NCBI GenBank assembly: GCA_041656935.1
Contig: JBBACQ010000001.1
Span: 93,459-157,458, forward strand
Reading direction: 5' to 3'
Source: Patescibacteria group bacterium
GTDB lineage: Bacteria; Patescibacteriota; Patescibacteriia; Patescibacteriales; UBA12465
Length of the DNA stretch: 64,000 nt
The notes beneath the pieces are model-generated. The model saw nothing but the letters and a program-made list of their open reading frames with translations, searched no databases and was not told the DNA's origin. The position numbers and the translations under genes are program-made. Of this stretch, positions 1 through 7,584 are shown piece by piece (the stretch's first letter is position 1; each line of letters begins with the position of its first letter).

Positions 1-680
1 GTTGGAATAACAATTATCTGATACATTAAATTTTCTCCTCGACGTAAAGTACTACATAATTCCATCAACCCCGCCATCGGATCCCTAAAAACTGTTTCTT
101 CTGGCCCTAAACGGTGTTCAAATTCTCGATAAAGCTTAATAGGATACATGTAATGGGCCGAATGAATAAATTCTGAGCCCCAAATATCATATTCTTCATC
201 AGGAAACTTACGGGGAAAGCTTTCACAATAATCATCCACCTCAACAATTTCAGCATCGGGATATTGAGAATAAACAGCTGATTCTACTAAGTTTCTAAAA
301 TGGGCTGGAGTCCTGATTAAAAACTGAGTGTATCCTTCTAAGCTAACTATTTCAAAGCTAAAAGATAGTTGAAACTCTCCTGAAAACCATTTATCAAAAA
401 AACTTTGAGTACCATGAGCTCCACCTAGATAAGTAAAAAGGTTTTCTACCGCTTGAGGAGATTGAATATTCCCTTTAGGAATATCAATTGCCAAGAGAAT
501 AAATTTAAAATTTTTAAACCATTTAGCTCTAATATAGTTTAACCAAAAATCCTTAACAACTAATAAAAACATTATGGCTATAATAACCCAACCAAAATTA
601 GCCATAAAACGCCATAACATAACATCTGGTGGCAAATTAAAAAAATCTTGAATTTTACTAAAATTAACAATTATGTTCAT
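1..680 (-). CDS. hypothetical membrane-anchored protein, N-terminal part (gene runs off left edge of window)
   Basis: Not in the supplied ORF track (no stop inside the window). Hand translation from ATG (680-678) stays open to position 1: MNIIVNFSKIQDFFNLPPDVMLWRFMANFGWVIIAIMFLLVVKDFW...LLAIDIPKGNIQSPQAVENLFTYLGGAHG...RRGENLMYQIIVIP. It has one N-terminal hydrophobic helix and no in-frame stop over about 226 codons. Confidence 0.55.
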   Translation of the reverse strand, partial: MNIIVNFSKIQDFFNLPPDVMLWRFMANFGWVIIAIMFLLVVKDFWLNYIRAKWFKNFKFILLAIDIPKGNIQSPQAVENLFTYLGGAHGTQSFFDKWFSGEFQLSFSFEIVSLEGYTQFLIRTPAHFRNLVESAVYSQYPDAEIVEVDDYCESFPRKFPDEEYDIWGSEFIHSAHYMYPIKLYREFEHRLGPEETVFRDPMAGLMELCSTLRRGENLMYQIIVIP

Positions 681-877
681 AAAAACAAAAAAAATAATTT
701 TTATATCTTTTAATATTCTAACATATTTTAATAAAAAAACCAATATATTCTACGAAGATGATAAAGACAAGAAAGTTTACTTAAAATAAGAGATTTAATC
801 ATATAATACTGTCTGTTTTTAGATAAAAAAATAAAGCTCTAGCTAGAGCTTTACTTCTATATCTTCTAATTAATAAA

Positions 878-1906
878 TTATTTTCCCCAATCTTTTAAAG
901 AGTAAATTCCTCTATCTACTAGAATATAACGATCGTCCAATATTAATTCATTATGGACCGAGCCTTGGCTAACCTTTTTATGGTCGAAACCGGTTTCATT
1001 TATCTTTTCAGTTATTTTAGAAAAGTGCATTGGTTTCTCTTCATTTTTTAATATTAAATATATTTTATCGGCGATTCTCTTTGGTTTTATTTCGGCTGAA
1101 TCATCACTTCCCCAATGACCAAAGATATTAGGATTAATTCCCTTAACTGCTTGCATAAAAGAATAAAAAGACTTGTTTTTATTTATAATATCAGCCCATT
1201 CTGGGAAAATTTCATCTTTAAAAATATATTTTAAATCTAATTCCTTACCAGCCTTATTCAAAAGATTGTTTTTATAATCTGAAAAAGATTTTAATCCTCG
1301 CAACACCTCAACCAACTCTTCAAAGTGCATGGTTTTTTTAATGTCTTTTATCTTGTCTTTTAATTCATCGGCCATCTTTTCAAAATATTCAATCGCCTGA
1401 TCTTTAATTTTGTAAGAAACGGCAAACTTATCAGAATTATCAACTTTATCAATATGATCATCTAAAATTTCTGATAATATAAAATCTAAATTATTTTTAT
1501 AAATTTTTCTATCAAAACCAACTGTAGAACCATTAGCCTTGATGAATAGAACTGACAAAATATCTAATAAAAAATCTTTTTCCATCAAACCCCCATGTTC
1601 TTCTAATAACTTAGATACTAAATCTCGCATAACATCTAAATGTTCGCTCAATTCTTCTATCTTTTTTAATTTTTTTAAACTAGATCTTTCTATTTGTCTA
1701 ATTCTCTCCCTAGTTAAATTATGCAAGTTTCCAATTTCTTCTAGGGTTTGATAGTCTTTATCTTTCAAAGCGAAACGACGGGATAAAATATCTTTCTCCC
1801 TTTCTTGAAGTTCTTTAAATAAAACATTAACGATTTCAATAGCGTTTAGTTTCATTAATTCCTTCTCTTTTTTCTCTTTTAACATTTTTTTTAGTAAATT
1901 TTCCAT
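878..1906 (-). CDS. sigma-70 region-4-like HTH protein with C-terminal HARE-HTH-like domain (no region 2 seen)
   Basis: The N-terminal segment LSRRFAL..YQTLEEIGNLHNLTRERIRQIERSSLKKLK matches the sigma-70 region 4 helix-turn-helix pattern. The C-terminal segment KPMHFSKITEKINE...VHNELILDDRYILVDRGIYSLKDW resembles the HARE-HTH of RNAP delta-type proteins. Confidence 0.6.
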   Translation of the reverse strand: MENLLKKMLKEKKEKELMKLNAIEIVNVLFKELQEREKDILSRRFALKDKDYQTLEEIGNLHNLTRERIRQIERSSLKKLKKIEELSEHLDVMRDLVSKLLEEHGGLMEKDFLLDILSVLFIKANGSTVGFDRKIYKNNLDFILSEILDDHIDKVDNSDKFAVSYKIKDQAIEYFEKMADELKDKIKDIKKTMHFEELVEVLRGLKSFSDYKNNLLNKAGKELDLKYIFKDEIFPEWADIINKNKSFYSFMQAVKGINPNIFGHWGSDDSAEIKPKRIADKIYLILKNEEKPMHFSKITEKINETGFDHKKVSQGSVHNELILDDRYILVDRGIYSLKDWGK

Positions 1907-1968
1907 ATATAAAAAATAAATAATAAATAGTTATTATAGATACATTAAAACATATTTTAAATAATAAG

Positions 1969-3003
1969 TCAATATCTATCCATGAAACCCTCTATTTTGT
2001 CAATTATCCCCCTATTTTCGGCTAAATATGGGCTTTTTTTGATAATTTCAGCCCTTAAACCCATTGCTTCTTGAAAGACTTTTCTAGAAAAAATTAGGGC
2101 AAAAAACCAAAGAATAATATATCGACCAGCAGTCAATAATTTTATTTTTGGAGAAAAAGAGAGGTTTTTAGATTTAAACAAAATAATAAATTGATTAAGA
2201 GCTGAATAGTCAGAAATAATTTTCTTCTGCCTAACTTTATTTATTAATTTTTGCCGATAAGAAGATAGCGTTCGATGATGATACATTTTAGCTTCAGGCA
2301 AGAATAATATTTTAGCCCCAAGCAATTGTAAACGATAAGACAAATCAACATCTTCTTTATACATAAACATTCGCTCATCAAAAAATTGATAATAATTATC
2401 AAAACTATAGGCAACTTTCTTTAAAATATTTAGATTTAATAAAGCTCCCGCCCCACTAAAACCAAAGACTTCTTCTTCTAATAAAAAACGATTCTCTCCT
2501 GATTGGCCTTGACCAATATCAAAAAAACGATGAGCCTTATTTAAGCCGACACCACAGCTATCAATTATAGTAGTTTTAACATTGTTCGAAAAATCCCAAT
2601 AGAATATCTTAGGAACCAAAATGGCTATCGTCTCATCCGCTTTGTATTTTTGGACTAAATTGGCTATAAAATCGATATCTAATAAAACATCGGGGTTAAG
2701 CATTAAAAAAAGATTACTTCCCTGTTCAATCGACCAATTCATCATGCAATTATAGGGTTTAGAAAATCCTAAATTCATATCAGATCGCCAAATTTTTCCC
2801 GGCTTATCTTTCTGATAATCAATTAGATAATTATGATTACTGTTAAAATCAGAGTCGCTATTATCAACTGCTAGAAAAAATATTTCTAAATCAGGATTCG
2901 ATATCCGAGCTTTTTCTATCGCTTCAGATAAACTAAATAAAAATAAATTTAAGTATTTATAAGTTGACTGATTATAAGTTATAATTCCAATGCTTAATTT
3001 CAT
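1969..3003 (-). CDS. glycosyltransferase family 2
   Basis: N-terminal LSIGIITYN...AVDNSD and a downstream DxD-like region typical of GT-A fold GT2 enzymes. Ends in TGA. Confidence 0.8.
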   Translation of the reverse strand: MKLSIGIITYNQSTYKYLNLFLFSLSEAIEKARISNPDLEIFFLAVDNSDSDFNSNHNYLIDYQKDKPGKIWRSDMNLGFSKPYNCMMNWSIEQGSNLFLMLNPDVLLDIDFIANLVQKYKADETIAILVPKIFYWDFSNNVKTTIIDSCGVGLNKAHRFFDIGQGQSGENRFLLEEEVFGFSGAGALLNLNILKKVAYSFDNYYQFFDERMFMYKEDVDLSYRLQLLGAKILFLPEAKMYHHRTLSSYRQKLINKVRQKKIISDYSALNQFIILFKSKNLSFSPKIKLLTAGRYIILWFFALIFSRKVFQEAMGLRAEIIKKSPYLAENRGIIDKIEGFMDRY

Positions 3004-3037
3004 TTTTAAAAAATTAGAATATAATTAGATAAATAAT

Positions 3038-3056
3038 AAAGCGCTGACAGCGCTTT
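3038..3056 (-). terminator. putative rho-independent terminator after rpsI
   Basis: AAAGCGC-TGACA-GCGCTTT hairpin. On the minus strand it is followed by a T-rich run, and it lies 55 nt downstream of the rpsI stop. Confidence 0.5.
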
Positions 3057-3110
3057 ATTAGTATTTTAGAATAAAAATGATTAACGTTTTGACACTGTAT
3101 AGAGTGCGCT

Positions 3111-3698
3111 TTAACGTTTACTCCATTGCGGAGCCTTACGCGCTTTCTTAAGCCCCGGTTTCTTTCTTTCTTTCTTACGAGGATCTCTGGTAATATAACC
3201 ACTAACTTTTAAAATTGCCCTAAATTCTGGATCATATTTTACTAAAGCTCGAGCTATTCCGTGTCTAATTGCATCTATCTGACCTAAAACACCACCACCT
3301 TTTACCAGTATTGAAAAATCGAAATCTTTTAATTTAGAAACTAACTTTAGGGGTTGTAGAGCCACACTAGAATTTTCTTCTCTTTTAAAATATTCTAAAG
3401 AGCTAAAACCATTAATAGTAAAATTACCTTGCCCTTTTTCATACATTCTAACTTGAGCTACGGCTGTTTTTCTTCGCCCCACAGCTTCAATATATTTTCC
3501 AGAAATAGTTTTATTTTTAGCAACCACAACATCAGCTACTTCTTTGGTTGAAGGTTTAACAACTTTACTTGTTTTTGCTTTTACTTCTTTTTCTAAAACA
3601 ACCTTATCTTTTTTAATAACTGGTTTTTTAACACTAGGCTTCTTATCAGTTGTCTTACTAATAGTTGTATTCTTCTTGTTTTTTTTGACTTCTGCCAT
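3111..3698 (-). CDS. rpsI: 30S ribosomal protein S9 with a Lys-rich N-terminal extension of about 65 aa
   Basis: Core GRRKTAVAQVRMY...GGGVLGQIDAIRHGIARAL...KKARKAPQWSKR is canonical S9. Preceded by rplM as in the L13-S9 operon. Confidence 0.95.
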   Translation of the reverse strand: MAEVKKNKKNTTISKTTDKKPSVKKPVIKKDKVVLEKEVKAKTSKVVKPSTKEVADVVVAKNKTISGKYIEAVGRRKTAVAQVRMYEKGQGNFTINGFSSLEYFKREENSSVALQPLKLVSKLKDFDFSILVKGGGVLGQIDAIRHGIARALVKYDPEFRAILKVSGYITRDPRKKERKKPGLKKARKAPQWSKR

Positions 3699-3749
3699 TT
3701 TATTGGAAATTAATTTTAATAATTAATAAAAACTGAATTATTCGATTAT

Positions 3750-4106
3750 TTATCTAATAATTAATCTTTTTATAATATCTTTTCTCATTCTAGTTGGGGC
3801 TAACATGTCCAAAACAGCTCGTCTAAGAACATCCCCAGGATTAAGTGCGAAAACATCTTTCATTTTTTTCTCTTTTAATCCTCCCTGATAACCTGAATAA
3901 CTAAAGTATTTTTTTTGATCTATTTTTTTACCAGTAAACTTTACATTTTTAATATTTATAACTTCAACAATATCACCTAAATCTAAGTGCGGAACAAATT
4001 CTGGTTTATTTTTCCCACGTAAAATAGTGGCTATTCTAGTAGCTAAGCGACCGACAGCTTGCCCGTCAGCATCAATTTTATGGATTTTTCTCTCAATATT
4101 TTTCAT
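3750..4106 (-). CDS. rplM: 50S ribosomal protein L13
   Basis: IDADGQAVGRLATRIATILRGKNKPEFVPHLDLGD...YSGYQGGLK matches the L13 pattern. Confidence 0.95.
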   Translation of the reverse strand: MKNIERKIHKIDADGQAVGRLATRIATILRGKNKPEFVPHLDLGDIVEVINIKNVKFTGKKIDQKKYFSYSGYQGGLKEKKMKDVFALNPGDVLRRAVLDMLAPTRMRKDIIKRLIIR

Positions 4107-4127
4107 ATTTATATTTATTACCTTTAA

Positions 4128-4478
4128 TTAAACTAGCTCAATTTGAACTATTTGAGCGCCATCGCCCTGTCTAGCTCCAATTTTTATTATTCGACAATAA
4201 CCACCTGATCGATCTTTATATCTATCACCTAAAACCTCCATCGACTTTTTTATAGCCTGAGGTTGCAAAAGTATTCTTATTAAATTTCTTCTAGCAGTTA
4301 AATCGCCCTTCTTAGACATAGTTATAACCTTTTCCACTAAGGGTTTAACAGCCTTAGCCTTAGCTTCAGATGTTTTAACTTTTTCGTAAATAATAATACT
4401 AGAAGCTAGGTTTCGCAACATTAGTTCTCGTGGTTCTTTTTTTCTATCTAATTTTTTGATTTTATTTTTATGTCTCAT
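4128..4478 (-). CDS. rplQ: 50S ribosomal protein L17
   Basis: MRHKNKIKKLDRKKEPRELMLRNLASS...GGYCRIIKIG..GDGA. Lies in the conserved position downstream of rpoA. Confidence 0.95.
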   Translation of the reverse strand: MRHKNKIKKLDRKKEPRELMLRNLASSIIIYEKVKTSEAKAKAVKPLVEKVITMSKKGDLTARRNLIRILLQPQAIKKSMEVLGDRYKDRSGGYCRIIKIGARQGDGAQIVQIELV

Positions 4479-4503
4479 AATTATAAAAAATAATAAATTT
4501 AAG

Positions 4504-5313
4504 TTACTCTTTCTTCTTTTTCTTAGGTTTTATTGGTTCTTCTTCTTGGTCTTCTTTAATTGATTCTTTCTTCTTTTTTTTCTCGACAACGATTTCGTCT
4601 TTAGAATCAACTTCAACTGAACCATTAACATTAACTAGGGCTTTAAATTGATCAATCAGAATAGCAACCGATTGGTCAAAAGCTTCTTCTAAGGAAATAG
4701 TGCCATCAGTCTTTATTTCTAAAATAAGTTTATCCCAATTAGTCATCTTACCAACACGAACGTTTTCAACTTTATAACTAATACCTAAAATCGGTGAAAA
4801 AATTGAATCTACTTCGATATAATCAACCTCTTTAACATCTTTTTTGGTTTTATCGGCTAAGAAATAACCTCGACCATTAGCTACATAAATCTCCATAATT
4901 AAGCTACCAGTAGGGTCAGTGATATTTCCTAGAACTAAATCGGAGTTAACTATTTCTATTTGACTATCTTTTTTAATATCCTTGGCTGTCACTTGCTTCT
5001 TCCCCTGAACGTTTAATTCTAATTTTAAAATTTCCTCGGTATCAGTTAATATTTTTAATCGTAATTGTTTTAAATTCAAAATAATATCTAAAATATCTTC
5101 CTTAACTCCCGGCAAGGCCATGAATTCATGTTTAGCCCCTTTAATTTTAACCCCTACTACCGCTGAACCTGGTAAAGATGACAATAAAACTCGACGTAGA
5201 GCATTTCCGATTGTATTTCCATACCCAGGATATAATGGTTCCACGATAATTGAGCCATCTAAATTATTATCATGTTTGAAATCAATCTTTTTTGCTAAGG
5301 CTATATTTTCCAT
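4504..5313 (-). CDS. rpoA: DNA-directed RNA polymerase alpha subunit, N-terminal domain only plus K/E-rich tail
   Basis: GYGNTIGNALRRVLLSSLPG.A...HEF..LPGVKEDILDIILNLK is the alpha-NTD. The sequence after ...DQFKALVN is low-complexity (EKKKKKESIKEDQEEEPIKPKKKKKE). Confidence 0.9.
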   Translation of the reverse strand: MENIALAKKIDFKHDNNLDGSIIVEPLYPGYGNTIGNALRRVLLSSLPGSAVVGVKIKGAKHEFMALPGVKEDILDIILNLKQLRLKILTDTEEILKLELNVQGKKQVTAKDIKKDSQIEIVNSDLVLGNITDPTGSLIMEIYVANGRGYFLADKTKKDVKEVDYIEVDSIFSPILGISYKVENVRVGKMTNWDKLILEIKTDGTISLEEAFDQSVAILIDQFKALVNVNGSVEVDSKDEIVVEKKKKKESIKEDQEEEPIKPKKKKKE

Positions 5314-5356
5314 ATTTTTTTTAATTAAAATTAATTAAATTTAAATATTTTAAATT

Positions 5357-5992
5357 TTATTTTGAATAAAACTCAATAATCATGTGGGTCTTAACATTAG
5401 AAGGTAAATCCTGGGGTCTAGGTTCATGCAAAACCTTAGCGGACAACTCTTTAATATCTACAGCTAACCAACTCTTAAGCTCCGGTGATAGATTCTTTAA
5501 TTTTTCTGGTAAATCTCTGAAATACTTATTATTTTTAGAGCTTTTTTTAATTTTAATAATTTGTCCAATTTTAGCTTGATAAGACGGCACATCAACTTTT
5601 CTATCATTAACCGAAAAATGACCATGATTAACTAATTGTCTGGCCAAACTTCTAGAAGAAGCAAAACCAGCTCTATAGATAAGACTGTCTAGACGCATTT
5701 CTAAATGTCTTAAAAAATTAGGACCAACATCACCACCCTTTTTCTGAACTTTATTAAAAGATGTTCTAAATTGATTTTCATTTAAACCATACATCTTTTT
5801 AGTTTTTTGTTTTTCATTTAATTGCAAACCGTAATCACTAGATCGCTTTTTACCCTTAGGTCCATGAAAACCAGGAGGATAATTCCTCTTAACCATCGCG
5901 CATTTAGTTGATAAACAACGCTCTCCTTTCAAAAATAGCTTCTCTCCAATCCGACGACATTGTTTACATTTTGAATCTAGATTTTTTCCCAT
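5357..5992 (-). CDS. rpsD: 30S ribosomal protein S4
   Basis: CKQCRRIGEKLFLKGERC...YGLQLNEKQK...RLDSLIYRAGFASSR..ARQLVNHGH: S4 zinc-ribbon plus S4 RNA-binding domain. Confidence 0.95.
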   Translation of the reverse strand: MGKNLDSKCKQCRRIGEKLFLKGERCLSTKCAMVKRNYPPGFHGPKGKKRSSDYGLQLNEKQKTKKMYGLNENQFRTSFNKVQKKGGDVGPNFLRHLEMRLDSLIYRAGFASSRSLARQLVNHGHFSVNDRKVDVPSYQAKIGQIIKIKKSSKNNKYFRDLPEKLKNLSPELKSWLAVDIKELSAKVLHEPRPQDLPSNVKTHMIIEFYSK

Positions 5993-6015
5993 ATTTATTT
6001 TAAATTAATAGATTA

Positions 6016-6621
6016 TTAAACTCGACGAGGTTTTTTAGGACGACAACCATTATGAGGAACTGCGGTTACGTCTTTAATACTAGAGATAATTAAACCATTA
6101 GCATTCAAAGATCTAATAGCAGATTCTCGACCAGTTCCTACCCCAGCTACAAAAACCTTAACCTCTTCTAAACCGAATTCTTCTTTAGCTTTTAAAACTG
6201 CAATTTTAGCAATAATTTGAGCAGCATACGGAGTAGCTTTTTTAGCTCCCTTAAAGCCAGCCATTCCAGCACTGGCCCAAGAAATAACATTACCGGTTTT
6301 ATCTGTTAAGGAAATAATAGTATTATTATAGGTAGCATTGATATAAGCATGGCCAGATTTTATTTTAACCAGCTCTTTTTTCTTTCTTTTTTTGATTAAT
6401 TTTTTCTTACTTCGAGCCTGTTTATTCTTTTCTAACTTTTGTTTAATTTCTTCTGGTAAATCCTCTATTTCGTTTTTATTTTCTTCTTTAGAAATATCAT
6501 CATCGGAAAACAAATCATCATCAACCGAATCATCTTCCAGCGATTGATCATTTTTATTATCAATATCTTTTATTTCTTCTAAAGATTCATCAATTTTTAT
6601 ATCTTTTTTTTCTTCGGTCAT
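6016..6621 (-). CDS. rpsK: 30S ribosomal protein S11 with an acidic N-terminal extension of about 75 aa
   Basis: Core [41 protein letters not shown]...[11 protein letters not shown]...[15 protein letters not shown] is S11. Confidence 0.95.
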   Translation of the reverse strand: MTEEKKDIKIDESLEEIKDIDNKNDQSLEDDSVDDDLFSDDDISKEENKNEIEDLPEEIKQKLEKNKQARSKKKLIKKRKKKELVKIKSGHAYINATYNNTIISLTDKTGNVISWASAGMAGFKGAKKATPYAAQIIAKIAVLKAKEEFGLEEVKVFVAGVGTGRESAIRSLNANGLIISSIKDVTAVPHNGCRPKKPRRV

Positions 6622-6650
6622 ATTTTATTTAAATTAAATTCTATTAAAAA

Positions 6651-7046
6651 TTAAGTTTTTTGAGTAGCTGCCTTGCTTTTACCAGAGCCCATAGTTAATC
6701 TTTTATTACCTCTAACGGTACGACTATTGGTCTTAGTTCTTTGACCTCGGGCGGGCAATCTCTTAGTGTGGCAAACTCCCCTTCTAGCTCCAATTTCTTT
6801 TAATCTTTTAATATTGCTAGCTACCTCTCGACGTAAATCTCCTTCAGTGGTATATTTTTTCTCAATAATATCACGCAAAAGGTTTACTTCATTTTCTTTT
6901 AGGTCTTTTACTCTAATATTGGGATCAACATTAGCTAATTTTAAAATATCTTTAGCAAATTTAGGCCCAACACCAAAAACATAAGTTAAAGCTACTTCTA
7001 CTCTTTTTTCGTTTGGTATTGTTACCCCAGATATTCTTACTATCAT
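6651..7046 (-). CDS. rpsM: 30S ribosomal protein S13
   Basis: RISGVTIPNEKRVEVALTYVFGVG...IKRLKEIGARRGVCH..RLPARGQRTKTNSRT. Confidence 0.95.
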   Translation of the reverse strand: MIVRISGVTIPNEKRVEVALTYVFGVGPKFAKDILKLANVDPNIRVKDLKENEVNLLRDIIEKKYTTEGDLRREVASNIKRLKEIGARRGVCHTKRLPARGQRTKTNSRTVRGNKRLTMGSGKSKAATQKT

Positions 7047-7073
7047 AAATTTATAATTAAATAATTTTAAAAA

Positions 7074-7187
7074 CTAGCCCTGTCTTTGTTTATGTTTAGG
7101 ATTTTTACAAATAACATAAACTCGACCCTTACGGCGAACTATTTTACAATCTTTACATATTTTTTTAGCGCTAGCTCGTACTTTCAT
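7074..7187 (-). CDS. rpmJ: 50S ribosomal protein L36
   Basis: Below the ORF-track size cutoff. Hand translation gives [37 protein letters not shown], in the canonical slot between infA and rpsM. Confidence 0.9.
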   Translation of the reverse strand: MKVRASAKKICKDCKIVRRKGRVYVICKNPKHKQRQG

Positions 7188-7246
7188 AAAAATAAAAAAT
7201 TAAAAAATAAAAAACAAAAAGAACTCCAATTAAGACTTCTAATAAA

Positions 7247-7486
7247 TTACAGACGGAAGGTAATACGCCCCTTACTTAAATCATAAGGGCTAATTTGAAC
7301 CTTAACCTTATCACCCGGCAAAAGTCTAATTTTGTTCATTCTCATTTTGCCTGACAAATGACCCAAAATTTCATGCCCATTTTCTAGTCTTATTTTAAAA
7401 CTAGCAGCTGGCATCAATTCCAAAATTTCACCTTTTATTTCAATGAAATCTTTAGAGTCAATTATAGAATCGTTTTTATTATCCAT
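7247..7486 (-). CDS. infA: translation initiation factor IF-1
   Basis: [65 protein letters not shown]. The track start at 7492 is a GTG; the first ATG is at 7486. Confidence 0.9.
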   Translation of the reverse strand: MDNKNDSIIDSKDFIEIKGEILELMPAASFKIRLENGHEILGHLSGKMRMNKIRLLPGDKVKVQISPYDLSKGRITFRL

Positions 7487-7499
7487 CAACACAAAAAAC

Positions 7500-7526
7500 T
7501 TTGATAAAGACTAATTCTTTATCAAA
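7500..7526 (-). terminator. hairpin plus T-run downstream of alaS, just upstream of infA
   Basis: TTTGATAAAG-7 nt-CTTTATCAAA (10-bp stem). On the minus strand it is followed by GTTTTTTGT. Confidence 0.5.
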
Positions 7527-7584
7527 ATCTAAAAAATACAAAAATAAATATTTCTAAAATATTTAATGTAAAATAATTATATAT

